DNA of 64,000 nucleotides from an uncultured delta proteobacterium (GCA_963769935.1 CAVYNY010000035.1:128001-192000); one strand, 5' to 3'. Shown: positions 43,674 through 55,368, counted from the stretch's first letter. Made by a program: numbers and translations. The notes: generated from the letters alone by a model not told the origin.

Positions 43674-44755
43674 ATGAAAAAGAGTTTGATTATGATCCAG
43701 ATTATTTTAATCGTTGTCGCGGCCATGGTTTTTGCGACTACTTCGCATTCCGCCGATTCAAAAGTTCTGAGGCTTATCTCCTGGACCGGCTACGCCCCGC
43801 CTGAATTGATTGCCAAATTCGAAAAAGAAACCGGCATCAAGGTGGAGGTAACTTACAGTAACAACGAAGAGATCATGTCAAAACTGCGCGCCACCAGGGG
43901 CGGCGGGATTTGATTTGGCCCAACCCAGTCAGGACAGAATCACTGCCGTTCAGCAACAATACGGCATCTATCAACCGATTGATTATTCAAAGGTGAATAC
44001 CTCTCAGATCGAAGCAAATATGCTGGCTGCGGTGAAGGCCAACACGTTGGTGGATGGAAAATCCTACGCCGTGCCCCATGTCTACGGGACGAATGGGCTT
44101 GTTTCAAATAGAGCCAAAGTTCCGGACGCAAAGGATTGGAAGGACCTGCTTAATCCAAAGTATACAGGCCGCGTCTCTATGAGATTGAAGCGACCGGTCC
44201 TTGTTGGAATGGGATTCTCTTACGGATACGACGTTTTTAAACTCTACAATGACAGAGAGGGGTACCAGAAATTTCTTGATAAGATGGAAGAAGGTTTATC
44301 AAAGGTAAACCGGTCTTAAAAACCTACTTTGATAATGCCGATGCCTTAATCGGGTTGATGAGATCCGGGGAGGTGTGGCTCTCTGATTGTTGGGAACAGG
44401 CGGCCTGGAAGCTTCATGAAGAAAATCCGGACATCGATTACTTAGCTCCCTCAAGTGGTCCCTTGGCATGGATTGATACGTTTGCCATTCCCGCTAAGTC
44501 GGAAAACCTGGACGGAGCCTACAAGTGGATCAATTTTCTTTGAGACCGGAGAATGCGGCTCTTTTTACGAACAAAGAAAAATATGGTACCGCTTCCAAGC
44601 CGATGCCGTGAAAATATATGAACCCTGAAGTAAAGGGCAATTTCGAACGCTGTTTTCCCCTGGAGGCCATTGCCAATATAAAATGGTATCCGCCCGTTCC
44701 TCCAAACTGGAAGAAATTGAAGGCATGATCTGGACAAGTCAAGGCCGCCAGGTAG
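43674..44755 (+). CDS. Polyamine-type ABC transporter binding protein (PotD/PotF-like), several frameshifts
   Basis: SWTGYAP..FEKETGIKV..SNNEEI, YAVPHVYG and WIDTFAIPAKSEN across frames. Confidence 0.8.
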
Positions 44756-45009
44756 TCGGACAGAATATTTGAATAAGTGACTGCTCAATCTAAACATTAG
44801 TTTCGCATGGTCTGAAGGAATCTCGGATGTTGGATAATGGGCTCTTTAAGCGGCATTGGTTCTGAGCTTTAAATGAAGAAAAAGAAGTTAACCGATATTC
44901 TGACCCATTATCCATGTCCACCAAGGCGGTGTCCAGAGAGCAGGATCTTCATCGTCGTTGGATCATTAATATCCGCATGTTAGTTCCAACTCTTCCGGTA
45001 AGGGGCAAT

Positions 45010-46090
45010 ATGCAATTGATCAGTCTGTCAAAAATGTCATCAAAATATTTGGAGATTTCATGGCGGTGAACAAAGTTTCCTTTCGAAGTTCAGGATGGTC
45101 GATTCTTTTCCATCCTCGGCCCCTCGGGCTGTGGCAAAACAACCCTGCTGCGGATGATCGCCGGCCTGACGGAGCCCACGGATGGTACGATCAAAATTCG
45201 CGGTCAAAACATGATCGGCGTCTCACCTAATAAGAGTCCGGTTAACTTGATTTTTCAAAATCTGGCCCTGTTCCCCATGATGGATGTCCGGGAAAATATG
45301 GCCTTCGGCTTAAGCGACGCGGCGAAGCGCAAATCCTCCATCGAAGGAAAGGTCGAGGCTATTCTGGAGCGCGTGGATTTAGCAGGATTCGGCGAGAAAA
45401 AAAATAGAACAATTCTCCGGTGGGCAGAAACAACGGGTAGCGATTGCCCGCTGCCTGGTTTTAGATCCTGCGGTTTTGTTGCTGGATGAACCGCTGGGGG
45501 CGTTGGATCTAAAACTCCGGGAGCACATGAAGGTCGAATTGAAAAGTCTCCAGGCCAAAGTCGGCACCACTTTCATCTATATCACCCACGATCAGTCCGA
45601 AGCCCTCGTGATGTCTGACAAAGTGGCTGTCATGAACAAGGGAATTTTTGAACAAATCGACACCCCCGAGAATCTCTACAATCATCCAGCTTCATCTTTC
45701 GTGGCCCAGTTTGTGGGAGAGAACAATAAATTCACCGGCAAAACTCGATAAAAATGCTTCACGGCCGATGTCGTTCTCGAGGACGGCAAAATTTCGGGAT
45801 AAAGGTTTCCAACCATAAACCCGGGGACGGGGGTCGACTTATTCTAAGACCGGAGGCCTTACTATTAATCCGCAGCCCGGCCTGAGGACGTAAATGTCCT
45901 GGAAGTAAAAGTTAATTCGATTCTCTTCGACGGTGGTAACAGCAGACTGCTCGTGACGGCTGGGAGATCAGCGAAAGAGCTCATGGTGGCTCTACCTCAG
46001 ACCGGGCATGACCACGTAAAACCGAACGATGAAATTGGAATTGGTTGGAGCACTGCTGCATCGGTATGCTTTAAAGATACGGGTGTGAAG
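45010..46090 (+). CDS. Polyamine-type ABC ATPase (PotA-like), several frameshifts
   Basis: [29 protein letters not shown] and [18 protein letters not shown]. Confidence 0.8.
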
Positions 46091-46094
46091 ACGA

Positions 46095-46966
46095 ATGATG
46101 AACTATAAGCACTCCAGGATAAAGTGGAGTTTTTTTCGTATTTTTTATCTCCGGTCCTCCTGTGGCTGATGCTGCTTTTCGTGCTCCCCAACTTAGAATT
46201 AGTCAGAATGTCTTTTATGGGGGCGGGCATGATGGCAAGTCAGGCTGAGACCCTTTCGAAACTATACTGAATTTTTTATGAGAGCCGATATACTGGCTGA
46301 CATTTTCAAGAACGGGGGTATTCCATAGTGGTACATTTTTAGACCTTCGTTATCGCGTTGCCTGTGGCGTTTTACATACCAAAGTTGTGGCGCTGAAGTA
46401 TCACGGGATTTCCTCGTGACCTGATACTGGTTGCCGTTCTGGGTCAGTGAGCTCGTGCGGGTATACGGATGGATAATTCTGCTGCGCGAGAGCGGCATCA
46501 TTAATCATTTTTGATCAAATTCGGAATCTTGCAACAGCCGGTGGAAATGCTTTATCGAGATTCGACGATGATTCTCGGCCTGGTATACACCTCCATGTTA
46601 TTTATGGTAGTTCCGATTGTCTCGGTGCTGGAGAGCCTCGATGACAGCCTGATCGAAGCCGCCTACGATTTGGGGGCCAATATGTGGAGCATCCGCTTCA
46701 AGATCATCATACCCCATGCCACGCCCGGTATCATATCCGGATCGATTGTGGTGTTTATGCTGACGCTGGGCAACTACCTTACCCCGAACCTGATGGGCGG
46801 TAAAAATTCACTGTGGTTCACCGAACAGATTTACAATCAGTTTATTGCCAGTTTTAACTGGAATCAGGGATCGGCCTTTGGGTTTCTGCTGCTGGTGCTC
46901 TCCTCTCTGGTGGTGTGGCTGGGATTAAAACTGACCCGGCAAAATCTGAAAAAGGTGGTGCAATGA
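46095..46966 (+). CDS. ABC permease (PotB-like), frameshifted
   Basis: LPFWVSELVRVYGW and EAA loop SLIEAAYDLGA. Confidence 0.75.
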
Positions 46967-47837
46967 TACGGACGCTGCCGACTTCAAAAACATATGATCG
47001 GCTGCTTTAAGTTGTACGTAATTTTATATTTCTACGTTTCTCTTTTCACCGCTGCTGGTTACCTGCGTGCTGGCCTTTAATAATTCTCAATTTCCCTCTC
47101 TGCCCTGGAAAGGATTTACCCTGGAATGGTTTACCGCCAATTTGCCGGAACGGGTAGGGATTTTTCACGATCAAATCAACCTGGACAGCATCTGGGTCAG
47201 TTTCCGAGTGGCATTTTTTGTCACCATCCTGTCGACGATGGTCGGTACCTGCGGTGCGTTTCTCTTTGAACAGGAAGATTTTCGTTTCAAGCAACTGCTT
47301 GTATTTTCTGATGCTCGCGCCCCTGGTGATTCCGGGAGTGATTCTGGGAATTTCGATCCTGTTGCTCAGCAATACCCTGGGAACCTATTTTGAAGACCAC
47401 TGGAATCTGGATATCGAGCTGTTTCGTCCCGGATTCTGGCTGGTGGTATCTGGGCCAGTTTTCATTCATTGCGACGCTGGTTACGCTGGTGGTTTCGGCG
47501 CGCTTGAAGAAATTCGACCGCACCCTGGAAGAAGCCGCTCTGAACCTGGGTGCCAACCGGTTTGAAGTTATCTGGCATATAACGTTGAAGTTTTTGCGGC
47601 CGGCCATTATCGGGCGCTGCGGCCGTGGCCTTTCTGATGTCCTTTGAAAACTTCAATACGACCCTGTTTCTGACAGGCGCGGAAGCGACGCTGCCGATTA
47701 CCCTTTTTACGCAGATAAGGGACGGCTCCACCCCCGTTGTCAACGCGGTTTCCTTTGTTTTGATTCTCGGTGTCTCTACGATAGCGCTGGGGAACTTCCT
47801 GGTGAGTTCGAGGAGATCGAAGACCGGCGGCGCATAG
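46963..47837 (+). CDS. ABC permease (PotC-like), frameshifted
   Basis: PWKGFTLEWF, LEEAALNLGA and FLMSFENF. Confidence 0.75.
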
Positions 47838-47956
47838 GCTGGTTAGCCGGTTTGCCCGTTTAATGAACCAGGCCAACGGGCTTAAAGGCTCAACGGGTTA
47901 ACCGGCCAACGGGCTAACTTTATTCAACCAGTTGCAGAAATTCCAAGGCAAATAAA

Positions 47957-48832
47957 TTATCCTGCAAATTCCGGTTCGACAATTCCCCTGACATCCGTCT
48001 TGATGCGGAAGAGGTCGCCGGCCAGAGGCTGCTCTTTGCGCTGGCTTTCGCTCAAGTTGTACCAGGCGGTGGTGATGTACAGTTCATCCAGGTGTTCGCC
48101 GCCAAAGCCGATACAGGTGACCAGTTCGACCGGAAGGCGGATTTCCCGCTCGAGTTTTCCGGCGGGATCATAACGCGTTACGCGCCAGCCGCCCCAGTGG
48201 GCGGCCCAGACAAATCCCTGGCTGTCCACCGTGAGTCCGTCCGGCATTCCCGCCTCTTTTGGTATTTCAACAAACACGCGGCGGTTGCCGACACCACCCG
48301 TCTCGGCTTCATAATCGTAGGCCGTGATTTTATTGGCAAACATTTCGGAAACATACAACGTCCTGCTGTCCGGGCTGACGGCAATGCCGTTGGATAGAAC
48401 CAGGTTTTTATCGAGTTTGTGAAGACCGCGGTCCGGATCCAGGCGGAAAAGAGAACCGTCCGCCGCCTCGAGCCGCGCGGAATTGTATGATCCGACCACC
48501 AATCGTCCCTGCCGGTCGATCATGCCGTCGTTGCACTGAATGTCAGGATTCCCGGCAAAGGGATCGACGATAAATTCACACGCATTGGATTGCCGATCCC
48601 AAAAGGCCAGACCGGAATCGGTGACCAGGAGCCAGCCGTCGGCCGTTCTGCGGCACAACCCTCTCACCGGCATGTCGGGCTTGAACGACGCATACGCGGC
48701 TGTTGCGGGGTCGAGGCGGTAAATCGTGTGGGCTCCGATGTCGACCCAATACAGGGCTTTTTCTTCCGGGACCCAGATGGGGGTCTCGCCCAACTCATTC
48801 TGCACGGGTAAGTAGTGTTCCAGGCTGCTCAT
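47957..48832 (-). CDS. SMP-30/gluconolactonase family protein
   Basis: LGETPIW, CNDG, SNGIAVSPD and PDGLTVDSQG. Confidence 0.92.
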   Translation of the reverse strand: MSSLEHYLPVQNELGETPIWVPEEKALYWVDIGAHTIYRLDPATAAYASFKPDMPVRGLCRRTADGWLLVTDSGLAFWDRQSNACEFIVDPFAGNPDIQCNDGMIDRQGRLVVGSYNSARLEAADGSLFRLDPDRGLHKLDKNLVLSNGIAVSPDSRTLYVSEMFANKITAYDYEAETGGVGNRRVFVEIPKEAGMPDGLTVDSQGFVWAAHWGGWRVTRYDPAGKLEREIRLPVELVTCIGFGGEHLDELYITTAWYNLSESQRKEQPLAGDLFRIKTDVRGIVEPEFAG

Positions 48833-48891
48833 ACACCATCGCTCCTTTTTTAGTATAGCATTGAAAACCTGGTCCTATGGGCCAGGCTTCA

Positions 48892-49998
48892 TTACTCAGC
48901 TAAGGTTTTGCGACTGCGACCCAGCCTATCGGCTGCGACCAGGGCGCTGTACATATCAAAAGGGCTGACGGTAAACACATGGTTGTGCGTGATCTGTCCG
49001 GGTGCACACAGTACCTCGGCAAAGTGTTTGAGCGCTTCAGGCGTAATATCGCCCAGACCCAAATCCTCCAGAGTTACCGGCAAACCGACCTCAACCATAA
49101 AATCAAAAACCACCAGGCGCTCATCCGGATCGATGTCTTCATCCAGGCAAAGTTGGGTGGCGACGCCGAAGGCAACCTTTTCGCCATGGGAGTAGGGCCT
49201 GCATTCTTCAAATTCGGTCAGGGCGTTGCCGACGGCATGTGCCGAAGCAACACCGGCGCTTTCAAACCCCAAACCCGACAGCAGGGTGTTGGCCTCGATA
49301 ACCCGATCCACTGCCGGCGTGACGACATGTTCGGCACAGTCCCGGACCGCATCGATCCCAAAATCCATCAGCGTGTCGTAGCACAATCTCGCCAACGCCA
49401 GGGATGCCTGGGTTGCCACGCCGCCCGCCAGGGCGACCCGCCGGCCCTTGTAGGCCGCTTCCGCCTCAAACCAGGTTGCCAGCCCGTCGCCGATGCCCGA
49501 AATCAGCCACCGGACCGGTGCGGCCACGATCACTTCGGTGTCCACCAGAACCAGGTCGGGATTGCGCGGCCAGATCGCCCAACCGTCAAAGCTGCCCTCT
49601 TCGGTATAGTAAACCGTGGCGGCACTGGTGGGCGCATCGTTGCTGGCAATGGTCGGCGCGGTGACCAGCTTGGCATCGATGTCCAACGCCACAGCTTTGG
49701 CCAGATCGATGGCCTTGCCGCCGCCAAGTCCCACGACCACCTCGGCCTTTTCAGCCTTGGCCTTTTCGATGCCCAACCCGATTTGCCCGCGATCACATTC
49801 GCCCGAGAACTTGAAAGGAATCAGCAAAAGATCATGTTCTTCAAAGCTTTGTTTGACGATCGCGCTGAATTGTTCGCTGACCACCGGGCCCCAGGCGACG
49901 AGTACGCGTTTGCCCAAGGGGGCCACGTATTTGCCGATGTCTTTCAACACCCCCGCACCTTGAATATAACGCCGTGGCGCAATAAATACTTTTATCAT
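48892..49998 (-). CDS. gldA: Glycerol dehydrogenase (Fe/Zn-ADH family)
   Basis: PRRYIQG, GLGGGKAID, PTIASNDAP, GIGDGLATWFEA, LSGLGFES..AH and HGEKVAFG. Confidence 0.88.
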   Translation of the reverse strand: MIKVFIAPRRYIQGAGVLKDIGKYVAPLGKRVLVAWGPVVSEQFSAIVKQSFEEHDLLLIPFKFSGECDRGQIGLGIEKAKAEKAEVVVGLGGGKAIDLAKAVALDIDAKLVTAPTIASNDAPTSAATVYYTEEGSFDGWAIWPRNPDLVLVDTEVIVAAPVRWLISGIGDGLATWFEAEAAYKGRRVALAGGVATQASLALARLCYDTLMDFGIDAVRDCAEHVVTPAVDRVIEANTLLSGLGFESAGVASAHAVGNALTEFEECRPYSHGEKVAFGVATQLCLDEDIDPDERLVVFDFMVEVGLPVTLEDLGLGDITPEALKHFAEVLCAPGQITHNHVFTVSPFDMYSALVAADRLGRSRKTLAE

Positions 49999-50034
49999 CT
50001 TCACACCTCCTCTATTTTTCGTGATACAAAGACC

Positions 50035-50190
50035 AATCCGGACGAGCCGGAATTGAAGATTGGAGATTGCAAATTGAATATTTGTGGATGTCACTCGCGT
50101 AGCGCAGGCGCCGCGTGTCGCTCCGTCTTTTTTAAAATATAATCCGCCGCGGACCATAAATATTCAATATTCATTCGAAACTATTCAATC
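50035..50190. repeat. ATTGAAG-heptamer palindromic element
   Basis: GAATTGAAGATTG..AATATTT....AAATATTCAAT. Related to 62410-62535 and 59840-59872. Confidence 0.65.
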
Positions 50191-50191
50191 T

Positions 50192-50545
50192 TTATGCCTG
50201 CATCTGTCGCAGCAGGTCGCCGCTGTCAAATATCTCCCAGGCTTCCACCAGCAGGCCGTTTTCGACACGGAAGGTACTGACGGCCGGACAGCGGATCTGG
50301 TTGCCTTTGGGAGCGATGCCCGCAAACTCGCCTGTGTGCTTTCCAAGCAGGGCAAAGTGGCAATCCACCTTGTCGCCTTCGGCGATACAATAATCAATTT
50401 CAATCCGCATGTCACTGAAGACGCTGCCCAAAATGCCGCTAAAAAACTGGCGCACGCCTTCCGGGCCGGCGGGCGTGCCGGGCGGGAAATGATGATCGAC
50501 AAAGCTTGCGGCGACTACCTCGCCGATTCCTGACAGGTTCCCCAT
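50192..50545 (-). CDS. SnoaL-like ester cyclase, possibly 5'-truncated
   Basis: FVDH..GPEG..FSDMRIEI..IAEGDKV..GKHTGEFAGIAPKG. The usual N-terminal helix appears missing. Confidence 0.8.
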   Translation of the reverse strand: MGNLSGIGEVVAASFVDHHFPPGTPAGPEGVRQFFSGILGSVFSDMRIEIDYCIAEGDKVDCHFALLGKHTGEFAGIAPKGNQIRCPAVSTFRVENGLLVEAWEIFDSGDLLRQMQA

Positions 50546-50602
50546 GGCCGCTTTTCAGGTCGGCGGCTGGGCTGACACCTGACACGTGTAACCTGCAATT
50601 AT

Positions 50603-51631
50603 CTACTCATTGATGCCCTTGGTGCCGCGCCGTTTCAGGTACTTGTCCCAGTAGAAGTCATCGGCATTTTCTTTTGTGACCAGCGCCAGTCCGTTGTCGC
50701 AATACGGGATCTGCATCGGGTTGTAGCCCATGCGTTTGTAGTCGTTCATCGGGTCGATCAGATCCGAATGTTTGGCCAGATACAAAAACAGCATGCCGAA
50801 ATAGCCCTGCACCCCCTGGTTGGGGTTCAGCGCGCCCCAGATATCGCCCTCCTTGATCATGTCCAGAACCTTGACATTCACATCGGTGCAAAGAATTTTG
50901 ATCTTCCCGCCCAGTTCCTTGGCGGCCTGGGCCGCACCCATGGCCGAGCTGGCTTCCGGCATGAATACTGCGCCGAGGTTCGGATGTGCCTGGGCCATGG
51001 TGAGCACCGCCTGGTAGGCTTTCTGGGGATCCTGCATGGTCGCTGCGCGTGCGACGACTTTTATACCGGGATGGTTGGACTGAATTCGGGCGACAAATCC
51101 CTGGGTTCGGCGGTCATGGTTGTCCTGGCCGGGGTTTTCCAGCACCGCCACCTCGCCCTTTTCGCCCAGCTCTTTTGCCAGCGTGTCGGCTGCAAAAATG
51201 GCCTCGCGGGCATTATCCGAAGTGATATACGAGACGCGCTTGCTGTTCGGGGAATCCGCGGCAAAGGTAACCACGGGCACCCCCATTTCATAGGCGCGAT
51301 TGATGGGCTCGATAAACGGGTCGGGGTTGATGGGCGCTATAAAAATGCCGGCCGGCTTGCGGGCCAATACCTGCTCAAAGACCGCCAAATGCTTATTGAC
51401 ATCATATTCGGGGGTGCCCAGATATTTCGTTTTAACGCCCAACTGCTGTCCGGCCTGCTTGAACATTTCATAAACCGGGAACCAGTATTCCACCCCGGAG
51501 ACAAACGGCACCATGTAATATACTTCATCTTTACTTCCCTGAAGGAAAGATTTATTCTCCGCACCAAAGGCTGAAAATGCCGTTAAGCCAACCACCAGAA
51601 CGATGACAATTGCAATGCCTGTCTTTTTCAT
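50603..51631 (-). CDS. Sugar ABC transporter binding protein (RbsB-type fold), copy 1
   Basis: Signal peptide and GVPVVTFAADSP..YITSDN. Confidence 0.9.
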   Translation of the reverse strand: MKKTGIAIVIVLVVGLTAFSAFGAENKSFLQGSKDEVYYMVPFVSGVEYWFPVYEMFKQAGQQLGVKTKYLGTPEYDVNKHLAVFEQVLARKPAGIFIAPINPDPFIEPINRAYEMGVPVVTFAADSPNSKRVSYITSDNAREAIFAADTLAKELGEKGEVAVLENPGQDNHDRRTQGFVARIQSNHPGIKVVARAATMQDPQKAYQAVLTMAQAHPNLGAVFMPEASSAMGAAQAAKELGGKIKILCTDVNVKVLDMIKEGDIWGALNPNQGVQGYFGMLFLYLAKHSDLIDPMNDYKRMGYNPMQIPYCDNGLALVTKENADDFYWDKYLKRRGTKGINE

Positions 51632-51661
51632 AAACTTGCTCCTTGTATTTGCTGTTTGTGT

Positions 51662-52693
51662 CTAAACCTGAATTGGATAATTGCAATACTTCTTGTGAGT
51701 TTCCATCATCGCGATGTAATTCTCCGGTTTCACGGCTGAATGGATGCTGTTGCCGGATGAAAAAATATAGCCGCCGCCGGGTCCGGCTATCCGGATGCAC
51801 TCTTTTGACTCGGCAATCGTTTGCTCGACACTGCCGAAGGTGAGCGTTTGGGCGCAATCGACATTGCCTTTGATCGCAATCCGTCGGCCGTATCTGGTTT
51901 TAATTTCAGCTAAATCCATGCCCGCTGTAGGATCGATAGGATCCAGGCAATCGATGCCCGCGTCGACAATCATATCGATCAGGGGCATGATTTCCCCGTC
52001 GGTATGTTTGATGATGTACAGACCGCGATCTTTATACCCTCCCATGACTTTGCAAAGCGGCGGGAAGAATAGTTTTTTGAAATGGGCGGGCGAAACCATC
52101 GGGCCGTGCTTGTGGGCAAAGTCATCGCCGGTGTAAATAATTTTAACGCCTCTTTTGACGGCTTCATCGGCCATTTTCAGATTGACCGCGACACACATTT
52201 CAATGAGGCCTTCGATCAGTTGCGGGTCCTGGATGAGGGTCATCAGAAAGTGTTCAAAACCCATCAATCGGCTCGGTATTGAAAACACATCGTTCAGGTG
52301 CAGAATAACGGCTTTTTTGCCTCGATGCGCTTTAAGCTCGGATTCCAGCGTTAAATATCGCTCCGGTGCGTGGGGATCGGGCGGCTCATATTTATCCAGA
52401 TCCCGCCTGGTTTTTATCGGCCCGTCAACCGGATAGGTGTGGGACTCCCCGGTATCCTTTTTGACAATGCCCCACTCATCCCGGTAAACATGGGGTTCGA
52501 GTTCTTCACTTTGATAGTCCAAATCAACACAGATGGCATCCTGGTCGGCTTTGTAGACAAATTCCTGATAGCTCAAGCCGGGATAAATGGCCTCGATGAC
52601 CTTTTTATCCACAAACCATTCAAAGGTCGGTATGCGATCGACCGCTTCTCGCCGCAGCGTTTTCAGGATTCTTTCCTCTGAAGTCATTGTCAT
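51662..52693 (-). CDS. Uroporphyrinogen decarboxylase / MtaA-CmuA family protein
   Basis: ERI..VDRIP, DEWG, GDDFA..MVSP, HTDG, KGNVD and GGGYIFSSGNSI. Confidence 0.88.
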   Translation of the reverse strand: MTMTSEERILKTLRREAVDRIPTFEWFVDKKVIEAIYPGLSYQEFVYKADQDAICVDLDYQSEELEPHVYRDEWGIVKKDTGESHTYPVDGPIKTRRDLDKYEPPDPHAPERYLTLESELKAHRGKKAVILHLNDVFSIPSRLMGFEHFLMTLIQDPQLIEGLIEMCVAVNLKMADEAVKRGVKIIYTGDDFAHKHGPMVSPAHFKKLFFPPLCKVMGGYKDRGLYIIKHTDGEIMPLIDMIVDAGIDCLDPIDPTAGMDLAEIKTRYGRRIAIKGNVDCAQTLTFGSVEQTIAESKECIRIAGPGGGYIFSSGNSIHSAVKPENYIAMMETHKKYCNYPIQV

Positions 52694-52706
52694 AATTGGG
52701 CGCTCC

Positions 52707-54254
52707 TTATGATTTGAACCTGTCAAAGATGTCATGATTCACTTCTTTGAGGCTCGGCTGCAGCTTTTTAAAAATCCGGTAATAGTCCTCATATTCATTC
52801 TGTCGATTGAGATTCGGCTCATAGATCCGGCCTTCTTTGTAAGTTTGTTGAAACGCATCCTGTTCGTCCTGGTAGAGACCCAGGCCGATGCCGGCCAGCA
52901 GCGCGGCCCCCAATGTCGTTGCCTCTTCCAGGGCGGGTACCTCAATGACTTTTCCGGTTACATCGGCTTTGTTTTGCATCCACAACTGATTGCGCACGGC
53001 GCCCCCGACCGCAATGATCTTTTGAATGCGGCCCGGCAACGCTCTTTCAAAGGAAAACAAAATGTCTTTAAATTGGTAGTCCAGACCTTCAACAATCGCC
53101 CGCAGCATGCAGCCCTTATCGGCTGCGGGGCTCAATCCGATGAAGGCACCCAGCGAGCGGCTGTCGATATCCGGCGTTCCAGCACCCGCCAGGTGGGGCA
53201 GAAAAAAAACACCGTTGGACCCGCAGGGCGCTTTAGCCGCCTTTTCCATCAAAGACTCCCAGTCCCGTTTGCCGGTCCTGTTTTCAATCTCTTTTTCTTC
53301 GAAACCGTAATTGTCCCTGAACCATTCCAGCATCAAGGCCGAAGGCGAATATCCTGCGAGCAGATAGGCCTTTTGGGCGACATGGGCTTCGACGTTGATC
53401 CCGGCTTCAAAGATTTCCTTTTCAAGAACGAGCCGGGGCAGGGTACGAATAATAATTTCCCAGGTTCCGGTGACATCCATGATGACATCCGGAACAAAAG
53501 CCCCGACAGCCAGGCCGGCGCAGATATAGTCGTGACCGCCCAGAACAACCGGGGTTCCCGCCTTCAAGCCGATTTTATCGGCAGCTTTTTGGGTGACGCC
53601 CCCTAAAACCGTCCCGCTCGGCAGCGCTTGCGGGAAAAGCGCTTTGTCCAGGCCGGCACTGTCGAAGAGGGCATCAGACCAATTCAGCGTTTGCTGGTCA
53701 AACAGGGAGGTGCAGGATGCCATGGTATAATCGGTGGCCCGGCGGCCGCACAGCATGAAGTTTATGAAATCCTCTATAAGCAGCCATTTGTCTGTTTTGG
53801 AAAGTATTTCCGGGTGATTTTCTTTCATCCAGATCAGCCGATACAGGGTGTCGATGTGCAGCACCTGTTTGCCGGTGATGGAAAAGATTTTTTCCGCCCC
53901 GAATTTCCGGCTGAAAGCCCGGCTTTGCGATTCCGTGCGGGTGCATTGCCAGGAAATAAAGGGGTAGAGCCATTGACCGTTTTGATCCAGAGGCACGCCG
54001 TCCATGCCCATACCGGTTACCGCAATCCCCTCGATATCGGCTGGGTTGCCGGTTTGATTCAACACGTTTTTTATGACCGTGACGGTACTGTTCCAGACAA
54101 CTTCCGGATCCCAGAAGGCCCAGGTCGGGTGGTCCGGGTCCAAATGCTTGACTTCGGCCGGGACGCTGTGCATGGCGGCGATGTTGCCCGCTAAATCATA
54201 GGCGACCGCTTTAATTGAGGTTGACCCTAAATCGATTCCTAGCAGATAACCCAT
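52707..54254 (-). CDS. FGGY-family sugar kinase
   Basis: LGIDLGSTSIK, GGHDYICA, GTWE and VGGAVRNQLW. Confidence 0.92.
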   Translation of the reverse strand: MGYLLGIDLGSTSIKAVAYDLAGNIAAMHSVPAEVKHLDPDHPTWAFWDPEVVWNSTVTVIKNVLNQTGNPADIEGIAVTGMGMDGVPLDQNGQWLYPFISWQCTRTESQSRAFSRKFGAEKIFSITGKQVLHIDTLYRLIWMKENHPEILSKTDKWLLIEDFINFMLCGRRATDYTMASCTSLFDQQTLNWSDALFDSAGLDKALFPQALPSGTVLGGVTQKAADKIGLKAGTPVVLGGHDYICAGLAVGAFVPDVIMDVTGTWEIIIRTLPRLVLEKEIFEAGINVEAHVAQKAYLLAGYSPSALMLEWFRDNYGFEEKEIENRTGKRDWESLMEKAAKAPCGSNGVFFLPHLAGAGTPDIDSRSLGAFIGLSPAADKGCMLRAIVEGLDYQFKDILFSFERALPGRIQKIIAVGGAVRNQLWMQNKADVTGKVIEVPALEEATTLGAALLAGIGLGLYQDEQDAFQQTYKEGRIYEPNLNRQNEYEDYYRIFKKLQPSLKEVNHDIFDRFKS

Positions 54255-54294
54255 TTTTCCGATCTCCCCAATTTTATGGTTATTTCAATCGATT

Positions 54295-55077
54295 TTAAAG
54301 AGGCAGGGCGCTGACACCCAAAGTCGACAGTGTCTGCAATTTTTCTGCAAATTCATCGATGCTCACTACCTGATATCCGAAATCTTTTGCCGTCCGGGCG
54401 TCATCCGGCCCGGCGTAGCCCCAGGTGGCAAAAATGAGCGAGATCGTCTTTTCTCCCCGATTGAAGTGTTCGTCGAGTTCGCGCAAGTTTTTCACGGAAT
54501 CATCGATGAATGCATAGGTCGGCTTGCTGAACCGCCGCATGATCTGCGTCATATTCTGGATCTTAGTGGTGCCGTTATCGCCCGAGTAGATGTTGTCCCT
54601 GCTGATCTGCAGACCGAAATAATTGCAAAGGTACTGGGTGGCTTCATAATTTTTATTGGTCAGCAACACCAGGTCGCTGCCTTGTCTTTCAACGATAATC
54701 CGCCACAACGGCTGCACCGGTTGATTGAGTGCTGTCCAGGCCTTGATGTCCTTTTCCTTAAAGCGGCGGCGGGTCTGAAAAAAGCGAATCGTCCGGTCGG
54801 CCACAGGCTCTTCGATCCGGCTGATGAGGTCATCATACTGCTGGGGGCTCAACAGTTTGTGCGGCGTCGACCCGGCGGCCTCAAGACACCATTGCATCAG
54901 AACCGGTGCATCGCCGATGGGCTGGACATGAAAACGGTTTTTCAGAAATAAATCGAGCGCCTTCTGCGGCAGCTGGTCCAGGCGGGAGGCAACATCTCCC
55001 TTCAGCATGTTGTAAACCGTAACCGCAACCTCAGGCAATGAGTCCATCAGCACCCCGTCAAAGTCAAATATCAGCAT
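54295..55077 (-). CDS. HAD-family hydrolase
   Basis: IFDFDGVLMDS, LTNK, FIDD and ATWGY. Confidence 0.82.
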   Translation of the reverse strand: MLIFDFDGVLMDSLPEVAVTVYNMLKGDVASRLDQLPQKALDLFLKNRFHVQPIGDAPVLMQWCLEAAGSTPHKLLSPQQYDDLISRIEEPVADRTIRFFQTRRRFKEKDIKAWTALNQPVQPLWRIIVERQGSDLVLLTNKNYEATQYLCNYFGLQISRDNIYSGDNGTTKIQNMTQIMRRFSKPTYAFIDDSVKNLRELDEHFNRGEKTISLIFATWGYAGPDDARTAKDFGYQVVSIDEFAEKLQTLSTLGVSALPL

Positions 55078-55168
55078 TGAGTTACTCCCATCGACCCGGT
55101 TACAGCTTCAGGGTCGAATTTGTGACCAATGCAAGCCGGGCAGTTAATTCTAGTTATTGAATACAGAA

Positions 55169-55368
55169 GGTTTCAGGTGTCGGGTTTCAGGTGTCAGCAA
55201 TGGATTAAGGTCAAAGGATAAAGGCTAAAGGTAAAAGGATATAGCCGTAAAGCTGAAGGCGAGTGGTACGTAGGGATGGACAACGATCCGATGTGTTGCT
55301 TTCCAGCTTGCAGGCCGCCCAGCCTCTAATTTCTGACATCTGTCTTCTGTCCTCTGACACCTGAAACT
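55169..55368. mobile_element. MITE-like element, copy 1
   Basis: Terminal inverted repeats GTTTCAGGTGTC...GACACCTGAAAC. The interior matches the reverse complement of 59879-60039. Confidence 0.75.
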
